Assembly (NCBI GenBank): GCA_041665385.1
Contig: JBAYIX010000004.1
Coordinates: 1 to 63,684 of the forward strand
Direction: 5' to 3'
Length of the DNA stretch: 63,684 nt
Origin: Minisyncoccota bacterium
Lineage (GTDB): Bacteria; Patescibacteriota; Minisyncoccia; Phycocordibacterales; PALSA-1337
In this document: positions 47,362 through 55,792 of the stretch, piece after piece
Position numbering within the stretch: position 1 is the first letter of the stretch
How the letters are laid out: each line of letters opens with the position of its first letter
Translations under genes and position numbers: made by a program
The notes under the pieces: model-generated
Seen by the model: the letters and a program-made list of their open reading frames with translations, nothing else
Databases searched by the model: none
Told to the model about the DNA's origin: nothing

Positions 47362-48390
47362 TTATTTTTTACCACGCACCTGCGCTAGCTCCGCTATCTC
47401 ATTTGCGATATCTGACCAGGTATGTACAAAAGAAAAATTACGGACTTTTTGTGCCTGAGCCGTTCTGTTTGCCGGATCTGCGAGCCAGACGATCTTGGAT
47501 GTTATATCTGCAGGATTTTGAGGATCGACAAATATAGCACACTCTCGTATCCTGTCTGTTATTCCGTTTTCTTTTGTGACGATGAATGGTGTGCCTGCGC
47601 GGATAGCATCAAATATCATATTTGGGCTGATATCGCCGAGAGATACTAGTATGACTGCATAGGACCGTCTGATCTTTTCGAAGAAGCTATCATAGACTGC
47701 CTTGCCTAGGTCTAGGTCTATCTCCGGAAAACCTTTTTTTTCTACCTCCTTTTTTGCATCTTCAAAAGCGCTTTTTAGGACATCTATATTTTTCCATGTG
47801 AGCTGACGTGTAGCACCGACGAAAGAACGATTTTCTGGTTCTGTCACCTCTGGTCTCTCGCCTACGAAGTTTTCCACGATCCGACTTTTAGCCGGGTCGA
47901 GCTTGTATGCTTTCTCAAATATCTTTCTCTGCCAGTCGGTGCTAAAGATTAGCGTACCAGCATTGCGAAGCGCCTTACCACCCAGACGGAATATTGTTTT
48001 TTCTTTCCGAGAAAGTTTTCCTAGACTACTGTCATAAAAATCTCGAAACAGGACCTTGTCAGCTGTTCTCTCTGTGTATGTCTCCCAGAGGAAGTCTCCA
48101 CCTGTGCGTAGGATATATTTCTTTCTCATTATCTTGCAGGCATACATAGCAGGGACGGCGGCAGACCAAGTATCGAGTACGAGGATCAGGTCTGCATTCC
48201 AGCCCTTGCGCAAAATTTTCAAGAAATACAAAAAATGCCTGACACCTGGAGGGAGAGCTCTTTCCCAACGATATGCCGCCACCTTTACATCATGACCTTG
48301 TTCCTTCCAAGTCTGGTAAAGATTTCTCGCGTATTGTGCAGGTCCACCGATATCCGGCGGGTAAATGCCTGATGCAATGAGTATTCTCAT
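47362..48390 (-). CDS. Glycosyltransferase, GT-B fold (GT4-like)
   Basis: MRILIASGIYPPDIGGPAQYARNL N-terminus and C-terminal DISPNMIFDAIRAGTPFIVTKENG. Confidence 0.7.
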   Translation of the reverse strand: MRILIASGIYPPDIGGPAQYARNLYQTWKEQGHDVKVAAYRWERALPPGVRHFLYFLKILRKGWNADLILVLDTWSAAVPAMYACKIMRKKYILRTGGDFLWETYTERTADKVLFRDFYDSSLGKLSRKEKTIFRLGGKALRNAGTLIFSTDWQRKIFEKAYKLDPAKSRIVENFVGERPEVTEPENRSFVGATRQLTWKNIDVLKSAFEDAKKEVEKKGFPEIDLDLGKAVYDSFFEKIRRSYAVILVSLGDISPNMIFDAIRAGTPFIVTKENGITDRIRECAIFVDPQNPADITSKIVWLADPANRTAQAQKVRNFSFVHTWSDIANEIAELAQVRGKK

Positions 48391-48396
48391 GAATTT

Positions 48397-49557
48397 TCAT
48401 TTTAGCAGAAATTCCTTCATTTCCAAAGCCACACCATCCCAATCATACTTTTCCTTAACCATTATTTTTGCCTGCTCTATTATTTTTGTTTTGAGCACGT
48501 TATCAGATAACAGTTTATTTACCTGATCAGCAATACTTTTTGGGTTGCCCACTTCAGAGAAAAGTCCGGTTTCGCAATCAACCAAGAAATCTACGATGCC
48601 TCCAACAGGTGTAGCAATGACAGGTATGCCTGCTGCCATAGCTTCGATAAAAGAATTACCAAAACCTTCCGACAAAGAAGGACGAATAAAAATATCGCAT
48701 GCTTGCAAGTACGCCGGCATATCGACATGAGAAACAAAACCTAAGAATTCTACCCTTCCGCTCACTCCGAGTTCCAGGGAAAGGGACTTGAGTTTGTTTT
48801 CATCACGTCCGGTTCCCAATACGATCAACTTCACATTATCAGGCAAATGACGAAGTGAAGAAATGATATCCCCTACGGCATTTTTTGGTACCAGCCTGGA
48901 GGTAGTAATGAGCAAAATATCACCTGCATTCTTATTGATTTTTCCTTGAATATTTCGTTTCTCCACTTCAGCCGCCTGTTTTGAAAAGTGGTCGTAATTC
49001 ACGCCATTTGGCACAACTACGATCGCCTCTTTTGCACCCATATGCCGTGACCATTCTGCCAGATAGTTCGATATTACTTGTATCTTGTCCGCTGCGCGAA
49101 ATATCATTTTATAAAATGGCTTGAATATGCCTTCGCGCCTCTCAAAATTATCACCTTCCTGAATAGTCAGAATAAATGGAATACTAGGTTTTGCCTTTCT
49201 GAGAAGCATGGCGGCAAAGCCAGCGTAGCTCGCCATCACAGACCATGTAGCATCATATTTATTTTTCTTACAAAGAGAAAGAGCTTTGAAAAAAGCTAGA
49301 AATGGAAAAAGGAGTTTTGAAAGAGGAAATATTTGTGAACTCTTCGTACCGGAGCCGAACCATGGCAGACCGACACGATACACATTTACATTTCCCACAC
49401 GTTCAAAAGCAGGTGCATGTTTCCTCATCGTTATCATGTCAAACTCTATTTCGCTAGGACTTATGCGATCAGTTATTTCCTTTACAGCCACTTCCGCCCC
49501 TCCTATGCTGCGCGGATAGTAAACCAAAGAAAATATGAGTATTCGGTGCGGTTTCAT
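48397..49557 (-). CDS. Glycosyltransferase family 4
   Basis: ILIFSLVYYPRSIGGAEVAVKEI and PSLSEGFGNSFIEAMAAGIPVIATPVGGIVDFL. Confidence 0.8.
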   Translation of the reverse strand: MKPHRILIFSLVYYPRSIGGAEVAVKEITDRISPSEIEFDMITMRKHAPAFERVGNVNVYRVGLPWFGSGTKSSQIFPLSKLLFPFLAFFKALSLCKKNKYDATWSVMASYAGFAAMLLRKAKPSIPFILTIQEGDNFERREGIFKPFYKMIFRAADKIQVISNYLAEWSRHMGAKEAIVVVPNGVNYDHFSKQAAEVEKRNIQGKINKNAGDILLITTSRLVPKNAVGDIISSLRHLPDNVKLIVLGTGRDENKLKSLSLELGVSGRVEFLGFVSHVDMPAYLQACDIFIRPSLSEGFGNSFIEAMAAGIPVIATPVGGIVDFLVDCETGLFSEVGNPKSIADQVNKLLSDNVLKTKIIEQAKIMVKEKYDWDGVALEMKEFLLK

Positions 49558-49565
49558 AGTGCTAG

Positions 49566-51356
49566 CTAATCAACTTTTAGCACATTTTTCAAGACATCTT
49601 CTGGAACTTCTGCAGGCTTGAATGTTGCCTGTGGCTCGACAGTAGGTGCCACTATCTCTTGTACCGGAGCCTTACCCGCGCTTTGTTTGCCTTCCTTTTT
49701 CATCGCAACTGCAAGAGCACTACGTAAATCATTCACATTTTTGGCAGTCTGGACCTTTGGATCACTCTTGGGTTGCCGTTTCAAAGTAGAGAGTTGCACA
49801 GGCTTGATATTTTCTTTCTTTAGGTCTGGAGATGTTGTGGCATGAATTGGAGCCTTCTTAGGTGTGGGTGCAGGAATATGAACAGCGGTCGACATAGTGA
49901 CAGGGTTTGGAACCGGCTCGGTAGGAGAAACAGGTGTGGTAGATGGAGAAGTGGTCGGCAAAATAACTTTTGGCACAGAGGGAGCTAAGGGTGTAGTCGA
50001 AGCAGACTGAGCAGATGAAAGAGGACTCGTAGGCGGAACTGATGAAGCAGTAGGCACCACGACTCTCTTTGTAGAATCATGAAAGGCCACGATCTCTACT
50101 TCCACCTCTGCCCTGCCACGCGAGAACTGTTTCCTAGATGTTTCTATGATCTCCTTCATATACATAGTGTCCGGATGAGGAATAGGTGCCAGCGTCACAG
50201 CGGAAAAAGGCGACGATGTGAGTCCGTCTATCATGAGTTTCAGATATATTTGTGCGAAGCCCAAGTTCACCAAATCCTCTGCAGTGAAGGAAGGCATGAG
50301 CTCTTTTTCCAATACCTCCGCATCGGTGGCACCGACTCGGAATATGATCATGGTGCCCACGTTGCCAAACACCGCCGCGCGTACCTGCTCATCCATCTGT
50401 TCTATGTACTGATGCGCTATGGTGAGGTTTAGTTTGTACTTCCTAGCCTCGGAAAGGATATCGGCGAAGGATTCGTTTGCAAAGTTCTGGAACTCGTCCA
50501 CATACAAATAAAAGTTCGGCATGATGGACATAGCTCGGTCAGTGAGGTCCGCTCGCGACATAGCGGAAAGATAAATCTTTGTGACGAGGAGTCCCCCCAA
50601 GAGCTTCATGTTTTCATCACCTATCCTCCCTTTGGAGAGATTGATGATGATGATCTTCCTAGTATCCATGGCTTTACGGAAATCGAAAGAGGACTGCGGC
50701 TGACCTATCATATTGCGGATGAGCGGGTTCGCTGTAAATTGTCCCACCTTGTTTTGGATGGCGGGCACGGCTTCGGCTGCCATGCGTTCGGTATATCCGG
50801 CAAATTCTTTTGTCCAAAAAGCTTTTACAGAAGGATCCTTGATATAGCTCACTATCTCTTTCCTATATTCCTTTTCCGAAAGCATCTTATTCACACCGAG
50901 CAAGGTCGAGTTCGGAGCTTCGAGAAGAGCGAGGAGTGTGTTCGTGAGGATATATTCCATACGAGCAGACCATGCGTCCACCCAGATCTTCTTGAATGTG
51001 CTCATCAGGCCGGAGACCACGAGATGCCGCTTGTCCGGATCGACACTTTCGAGAACGTTGAATGATATTGGATGCTCCACGTCAAAGGGGGCAATATATA
51101 TGACATCGTTTATGCGCTCCTTTGGCACATATTCTAGTAGAAGGTCGGCAGTCTTGCCGTGCGGATCGATGATACACATGCCTTCACCATTCTGTATATC
51201 CTGCACTGCCATGTTTTCAAGGAGAGTGGACTTGCCCATACCTGTCTTACCTATGACGTAGACATGCTTTGTACGGTCCTTGGCTTTTATGCCAAATTTT
51301 ACCCGCTTGTTGCGAGCATCTGTTTCTCCAAAAAATGTAATGCGGTTTTCATCCAT
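49566..51356 (-). CDS. Soluble VirD4/TraD/TrwB-like (type IV coupling protein AAD-type) P-loop ATPase with a Pro/Thr/Ser-rich C-terminal tail
   Basis: Walker A is VIGKTGMGKSTLL and Walker B is FYLYVDEFQNF; ARKYKLNLTIAHQYIEQM is also present. No N-terminal TM segment. The last ~170 aa are low-complexity (PTASSVPPTSPLSSAQSASTTPLAPSVPKVILPTTSPSTTPVSPTEPVPNPV). The start is ATG 51356 (MDENRITFFGETD). Confidence 0.65.
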   Translation of the reverse strand: MDENRITFFGETDARNKRVKFGIKAKDRTKHVYVIGKTGMGKSTLLENMAVQDIQNGEGMCIIDPHGKTADLLLEYVPKERINDVIYIAPFDVEHPISFNVLESVDPDKRHLVVSGLMSTFKKIWVDAWSARMEYILTNTLLALLEAPNSTLLGVNKMLSEKEYRKEIVSYIKDPSVKAFWTKEFAGYTERMAAEAVPAIQNKVGQFTANPLIRNMIGQPQSSFDFRKAMDTRKIIIINLSKGRIGDENMKLLGGLLVTKIYLSAMSRADLTDRAMSIMPNFYLYVDEFQNFANESFADILSEARKYKLNLTIAHQYIEQMDEQVRAAVFGNVGTMIIFRVGATDAEVLEKELMPSFTAEDLVNLGFAQIYLKLMIDGLTSSPFSAVTLAPIPHPDTMYMKEIIETSRKQFSRGRAEVEVEIVAFHDSTKRVVVPTASSVPPTSPLSSAQSASTTPLAPSVPKVILPTTSPSTTPVSPTEPVPNPVTMSTAVHIPAPTPKKAPIHATTSPDLKKENIKPVQLSTLKRQPKSDPKVQTAKNVNDLRSALAVAMKKEGKQSAGKAPVQEIVAPTVEPQATFKPAEVPEDVLKNVLKVD

Positions 51357-51384
51357 GGGAGTTAAAGCTGACAATATTTTAGCA

Positions 51385-51420
51385 CAAAAAAACACCTAAT
51401 GCGTGGAGCGCACTAGGTGT
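51385..51420 (-). terminator. Rho-independent terminator (minus strand)
   Basis: On the minus strand: ACACCTAGTGCG-ctcca-CGCATTAGGTGT (11 of 12 bp) followed by TTTTTTT. Confidence 0.7.
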
Positions 51421-51780
51421 TGGGTTGAAAACATCCGTTCCCAACTATTGGATCCTCGTAACCTCGAGGTCGAGCCGCCGCGCACAGGTCCAGTCGAGAT
51501 TTGAACAGAATGCCATTACAGCACCTCTTCGTTCTTGCTTGATCTCTTCGGGGGTTTTTTGCCGCTCGCGGGACGGCGGTGGCATACCGTTTCCGAGGAT
51601 CGAATTCTTCGTTGCGCATCCGACATGTCCGCCAGTAGATTTATTACGAATTTTACGGGCAGTTTTACCGTTAGCAGGACTTGTTGAAACAGACATACTA
51701 GACTTATTATGGCTGATTTTTTCTGAGTACCATCGGCCTCTGTTAATCCTGACAGTGTCAACAGTACTATCCGATTTATA
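51421..51780 (-). ncRNA. Unassigned terminator-bounded unit: candidate structured RNA, or alternatively an 83-aa basic protein gene (51445-51696)
   Basis: The ~400-nt gap between CDSs has a GC-enriched centre and short overlapping ORFs in all three minus frames (51413-51619, 51445-51696, 51516-51761). Local stems are CCTCG-aggtta-CGAGG and GTTGGG...CCCAAC, with a long-range pair GATCCTCG...CGAGGATC. A strong minus-strand terminator lies immediately downstream. I could not match tmRNA, RNase P or SRP motifs by eye. Confidence 0.3.
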
Positions 51781-51830
51781 ACAGTACTACTTTATAATAT
51801 TTTGGCAAGTATAGAGGAAGTGCATAACTT

Positions 51831-53048
51831 TTACCTGGGAACTCCTGTCACTATGACAGCAGTGTCCTCCTCTTTTGGTAGGAGGGCCGCCTGGTCGTAG
51901 ACACTGCCCGCATTCCACAGGAGCCAGCTCGAGAGTCCGCTATCGTACGTGGCTTCTATCTGCGCACGCACCATAGCAGGGGTATAGGTAGCACCCAGGT
52001 TGAATGCTTGGAGCCAGGGCCGGATCTTCATAGGTGAAGTGGACGCCATTGCGGCTTTTTGTATGGCATGTTCCATGGAATATTTTATGACTTCATACGG
52101 ATGCTCTGCCGGCCGCGCAAATCCATTGAAGCCGTGCGAATAATGCGAAGGATAGACCATAGGATATACGTAATCAAAATACGGCAATGCTTTTTCCATG
52201 ACCTGACCTATGCCGAGATCGTCCACAGCGCTAGTCGTTAGCCCAAAAAGATCCGCCGATATGGGTATAGATTTCCTCGCAAATTCATCATGCAAATGTT
52301 TGTAAAAGTCTTCCATGACCTCTGAGCGAGTCCTACCCTCGCCCCAAGAATATGCGATATCCTTCAGATCACCGTCTGATGGAAATCGAATATAATCAAA
52401 ATTCAATTCATCAAAACCGACATTGTAGGCCTCATGGCCGATAGCAACGAGATAATTCCAGACCGGTTCCGCTCCTGCATCTAGCCACTTTACACCTTTG
52501 TAATCTTTCCAAATATTTCCACCTGTTGTCTTTACCGCCCATTCCGGGTGGACATTTATGAGATATGAGTCTTGAAAAGAAGATATACGAGCTATGACAT
52601 ATATACCTTTTGCATGGAGGCGGCCGATAAATTCTTTTATATCCGGTATCCTCCGTTCTGCCGCACCGGTTTTTTTCAAGATCGGATCTTCCACAGGAAA
52701 GCTAATGCGACCGGTATAGTCCTTTACGTCTATCACAACTGCATTCACTTCGGTCTTTTCTATCAGATCAAAAAGTTCTTTCCGGAACTTGCTATTCCCT
52801 GCCGCCCAGCTGGTATAGTAAACTGCCTTCAAGCTTTCTGGAGTTTCTACATGAGTGACCACAAATGGAACCGATATCGACGAGACAGAAGTTGTGCTTG
52901 TTATTGGCAAGAGAGCGGGCAAACTGTATGTTATCTCTCCCAACGGGAAGACAAACGATAAGATACACCCGAGGGCTATGATACAAAAAGTGCAAACGAG
53001 TATGAACGCTATCTTGGTTGCTCCGAGCTTCTCCGGCAGTCCGATCAT
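51831..53048 (-). CDS. Membrane-anchored putative glycoside hydrolase (TIM-barrel, COG1306-like)
   Basis: An N-terminal TM helix is followed by KAVYYTSWAAGN...VNAVVIDVKDYTGRISFP...GIYVIARISSFQD...FDELNFDYIRFPSDG, a pattern I associate with this uncharacterised hydrolase-like family. Confidence 0.5.
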   Translation of the reverse strand: MIGLPEKLGATKIAFILVCTFCIIALGCILSFVFPLGEITYSLPALLPITSTTSVSSISVPFVVTHVETPESLKAVYYTSWAAGNSKFRKELFDLIEKTEVNAVVIDVKDYTGRISFPVEDPILKKTGAAERRIPDIKEFIGRLHAKGIYVIARISSFQDSYLINVHPEWAVKTTGGNIWKDYKGVKWLDAGAEPVWNYLVAIGHEAYNVGFDELNFDYIRFPSDGDLKDIAYSWGEGRTRSEVMEDFYKHLHDEFARKSIPISADLFGLTTSAVDDLGIGQVMEKALPYFDYVYPMVYPSHYSHGFNGFARPAEHPYEVIKYSMEHAIQKAAMASTSPMKIRPWLQAFNLGATYTPAMVRAQIEATYDSGLSSWLLWNAGSVYDQAALLPKEEDTAVIVTGVPR

Positions 53049-53329
53049 CAGGCGGTAAGAGATGTATTGCTACTAATGTTTTCTGAAGAAGTCTGTTTAT
53101 CTCCCTCACTCCTCGTATCCTCCGTGCGATTGTGGTGCTCAGAATAAGGCAGGGATACAGGACTGGCGGGATTTTTTTGCTGGCTATTCGGCGCCATGCG
53201 ATAGGAGACAATGATTATGAGCAATCCGACGACAATGTAAAATATTTTATTCCATTCTGTAGGGAAGCCGAGAAACGGCACAACCATAATGAAAACTCCG
53301 AAAATTATTAGCCACTGTCTTTTTGACAT
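53048..53329 (-). CDS. Small two-TM membrane protein
   Basis: MSKRQWLIIFGVFIMVVPFLGFPTEWNKIFYIVVGLLIIIVSYRM followed by a polar tail. ATG 53329 is preferred over the track start at 53380. Confidence 0.55.
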   Translation of the reverse strand: MSKRQWLIIFGVFIMVVPFLGFPTEWNKIFYIVVGLLIIIVSYRMAPNSQQKNPASPVSLPYSEHHNRTEDTRSEGDKQTSSENISSNTSLTA

Positions 53330-53386
53330 GTTGATAGTATAGCGCACAGTGCTATTATAGTGCCAGATCCGCTCATCCATACGGTT

Positions 53387-53782
53387 ATGAAAAAGAATCC
53401 ATTACTGCTAGAGCACATTTCGCCGTATGAGAGGGGGCAAAAATTTGTCATTTTTACCTCACGATACGGTGAAACTTTCAGGGGTGTGATAGAGAAAATC
53501 ACCACCAGCGCAACATGCGGCAAGGTCATCTTGGAACTCGAACTAGAGTTTAGAGTGATGCTCCGCACGAGAAAGTTCACACATGTGGACAACTCGGGAC
53601 TAAACACTTCAGCCGAGGAAGCTATTTCGGGAAGCGGACTCATGAACAAGTCCTTGTTGTTCGTAAGGCCGATCGTAAGCGGTCTCGATCCCCTCTCTTT
53701 TACAAGCGAAGGGGATAAAGTACAAATTTTCTACAGATCGGAGAAGACTGCGAATATCATAAACTCTTACTCCTTTTTCTAA
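53387..53782 (+). CDS. Hypothetical protein (~131 aa)
   Basis: ORF with no recognisable motif. The start could be ATG 53387 or GTG 53360. Confidence 0.45.
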   Translation: MKKNPLLLEHISPYERGQKFVIFTSRYGETFRGVIEKITTSATCGKVILELELEFRVMLRTRKFTHVDNSGLNTSAEEAISGSGLMNKSLLFVRPIVSGLDPLSFTSEGDKVQIFYRSEKTANIINSYSFF

Positions 53783-53811
53783 ACTGCTCTCTTTCACCGG
53801 AGGGCAGTTTT

Positions 53812-54507
53812 CTATTTTGTAACTATCACCACGATTTCACCCCGGAGCTTATCATCGTTTTTCTCAAAATAAGAGATTACTTTTTCCGGACTGCCAGAGA
53901 CAACTTGTTCAAAGATCTTAGTAAGTTCCCTGCAAACATGTACATTTCCGCTTTCACCCAAATATTTTCGGAGAGATATGAGTGTCTTCATGATGCGATG
54001 CGGCGATTCATAAAATATTACATTTCTCTCCGAGGCGGCGATTTCCCGAAAAAGAGTTTCCCTGCCCTTCTTGTGCGGCAAAAAACCGAGAAATAGGAAG
54101 TCTCCCCCGCTCACTCCCGCAATAGATATTGCGGCAGCCAATGCCGATGGCCCAGGCACACTTTCTATCTTTATTTCTCCGCTTTCTATCTCCGTCTGAC
54201 ATTCCGCGCGCACGGCCCTTACCAACTCCGAACCTGGATCCGATATTCCCGGCGTGCCCGCATCTGAGACCAGAGCAAGCGTTTTGCCTTCTCGGAGCAT
54301 GGCTATAACCTCGTCCACACGCGATAACTTGCTATGAGCGTGATAAGACAACATAGGTCTTTTTATGCCGTGCCTATCTAGAAGATTCCTAGTAACCCTA
54401 GTGTCCTCACAAAGTATCAGATCTGCCTCCCCCAGTACTCTTATGGCCCGGAGAGTGATGTCCTCCAGGTTGCCTATGGGGGTTCCGACGATGTATAAAA
54501 TAGACAT
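53812..54507 (-). CDS. rsmI: 16S rRNA (cytidine1402-2'-O)-methyltransferase RsmI
   Basis: Tetrapyrrole-methylase fold N-terminus MSILYIVGTPIGNLEDITLRAIRVLGEADLILCEDTR, plus FYESPHR and CRELTKIFE motifs. Confidence 0.88.
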   Translation of the reverse strand: MSILYIVGTPIGNLEDITLRAIRVLGEADLILCEDTRVTRNLLDRHGIKRPMLSYHAHSKLSRVDEVIAMLREGKTLALVSDAGTPGISDPGSELVRAVRAECQTEIESGEIKIESVPGPSALAAAISIAGVSGGDFLFLGFLPHKKGRETLFREIAASERNVIFYESPHRIMKTLISLRKYLGESGNVHVCRELTKIFEQVVSGSPEKVISYFEKNDDKLRGEIVVIVTK

Positions 54508-54558
54508 ATATTGACTATATCACTTTTCATTTGGAACAGTTAACAGTACACTTATGAG

Positions 54559-55791
54559 GTGAGTACCAAAAATAACAAACCGATCATATACGTTACGCGC
54601 GATATAGAACGAGCCTTAGGAGAAACACCTGGAGCAGACTACCATATCATCACAAACCGCACGGAATATTCGGAATCCGTGCATAAACAATATCCCCAGT
54701 TCGTCCATCTCATAGGTTCGGAAACCGGTCTTATGAGCACCACCGACATAATATCCAGCTCTTTTGCAAAAGAGATCGTCGCAAGCGTGAGCGGCGATAT
54801 CGTCGTGTTCAAAAGTTCCAAGCTCATAGAGGAAACCTGCTCGAAAAATGGGTGGAAATTGCTAAATCCCTCCGCGGAATTGGCAGAAAAAATAGAGAGC
54901 AAGGTGAGCCAGATCGACTGGCTCGGCGACCTAGCGGAAAAATATCTGCCCCAGACAGACATAAAGAAAGCATCGGATATTGTCTGGAAAGAAAAACCTA
55001 TAGTCATACAGTGGGAGCACGGGCATACAGGTCTCGGGACTTTGTCCGTGATCAGCAAAGTTCAGCTCGATGATATACAGCGAAAATTTCCGAACCGCTT
55101 GGCGAGAGTGTCACCTTTCATCTCTGGACCTTCATTCACGGTAAATATCGTGGTCGGCGTAGACAAGATAATCCTGGGAAATATGAGCTATCAGATCACC
55201 GGTCTCAAACCTTTTACCGATGGCCCTTTTTCCACTATTGGAAATGACTGGAGCCTCCCACATAGTCTCCTACACGAACATGAAGTTGCCTATATAGAAA
55301 AAATGATAGAAGAAATCGCAGAAAAAATGCGGTCCTCTGGATGGAGGGGTCTATTTGGTATGGATCTTATGAAAGATGACCTTAGGGATACAATACACCT
55401 CATCGAGATCAATGCCCGCCAACCTGCCTCGACAACCTTCGAATCCCTATTGCAACAAGAAAATAGAAAGCACGGTGTAACCGGTATCACAATATTCGAG
55501 GCTCACCTAGAATGCCTCAAAGGTGACACTGTAAAAGAACCCCTGATACTCGTGAACGATGGCGCACAAGTCATACAGCGCGTCTCGAAGGACACCGACA
55601 TCGACGCTATTTCCGAAGACATGTTGGGGTCCCTCCAGCTCGCCGGATACAAGACTATCGCTTATACAAATACAGAATACAATTCTGACCTTTTGCGTAT
55701 CCAGAGCAATATGGGCATCATGGAAGCTCACGACAAGCTCAACAAAAGAGGCAAAGCTATCGTGGAAATTATCTCTAACCGCCAACAATAA
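54559..55791 (+). CDS. ATP-grasp domain protein (unknown ligase specificity)
   Basis: 410 aa with a GTG start. The C-terminal half carries the ATP-grasp signature GWRGLFGMDLMKDDLRDTIHLIEINARQPAS. Confidence 0.55.
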   Translation: MSTKNNKPIIYVTRDIERALGETPGADYHIITNRTEYSESVHKQYPQFVHLIGSETGLMSTTDIISSSFAKEIVASVSGDIVVFKSSKLIEETCSKNGWKLLNPSAELAEKIESKVSQIDWLGDLAEKYLPQTDIKKASDIVWKEKPIVIQWEHGHTGLGTLSVISKVQLDDIQRKFPNRLARVSPFISGPSFTVNIVVGVDKIILGNMSYQITGLKPFTDGPFSTIGNDWSLPHSLLHEHEVAYIEKMIEEIAEKMRSSGWRGLFGMDLMKDDLRDTIHLIEINARQPASTTFESLLQQENRKHGVTGITIFEAHLECLKGDTVKEPLILVNDGAQVIQRVSKDTDIDAISEDMLGSLQLAGYKTIAYTNTEYNSDLLRIQSNMGIMEAHDKLNKRGKAIVEIISNRQQ

Positions 55792-55792
55792 T

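Noticed and set aside
49566-51356. Conjugative element or type IV secretion system
   Set aside because: Only the coupling-protein-like ATPase is present. It lacks TM helices, and no relaxase, VirB4, integrase or oriT-like context appears in the window.
51421-51780. Identification as tmRNA, RNase P RNA or SRP RNA
   Set aside because: The size and the terminator fit. By eye, however, I found no GGAAAGUCC/ACAGAA..CCGGCUUA (RNase P), no tRNA-like acceptor/T-arm with a 3' CCA or an alanine-rich tag ORF ending before a stop (tmRNA), and no GGAA-loop/AGCAGC domain IV (SRP). I leave it unassigned pending a covariance-model search.
55559-55792. Long 5' extension of the NlpC/P60-like ORF overlapping the ATP-grasp gene by 233 nt
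   Set aside because: The extension is out of frame within a well-supported gene and translates to a Ser/Thr/Leu-rich sequence. TTG 55793, directly after the ATP-grasp stop, gives a sensible start.
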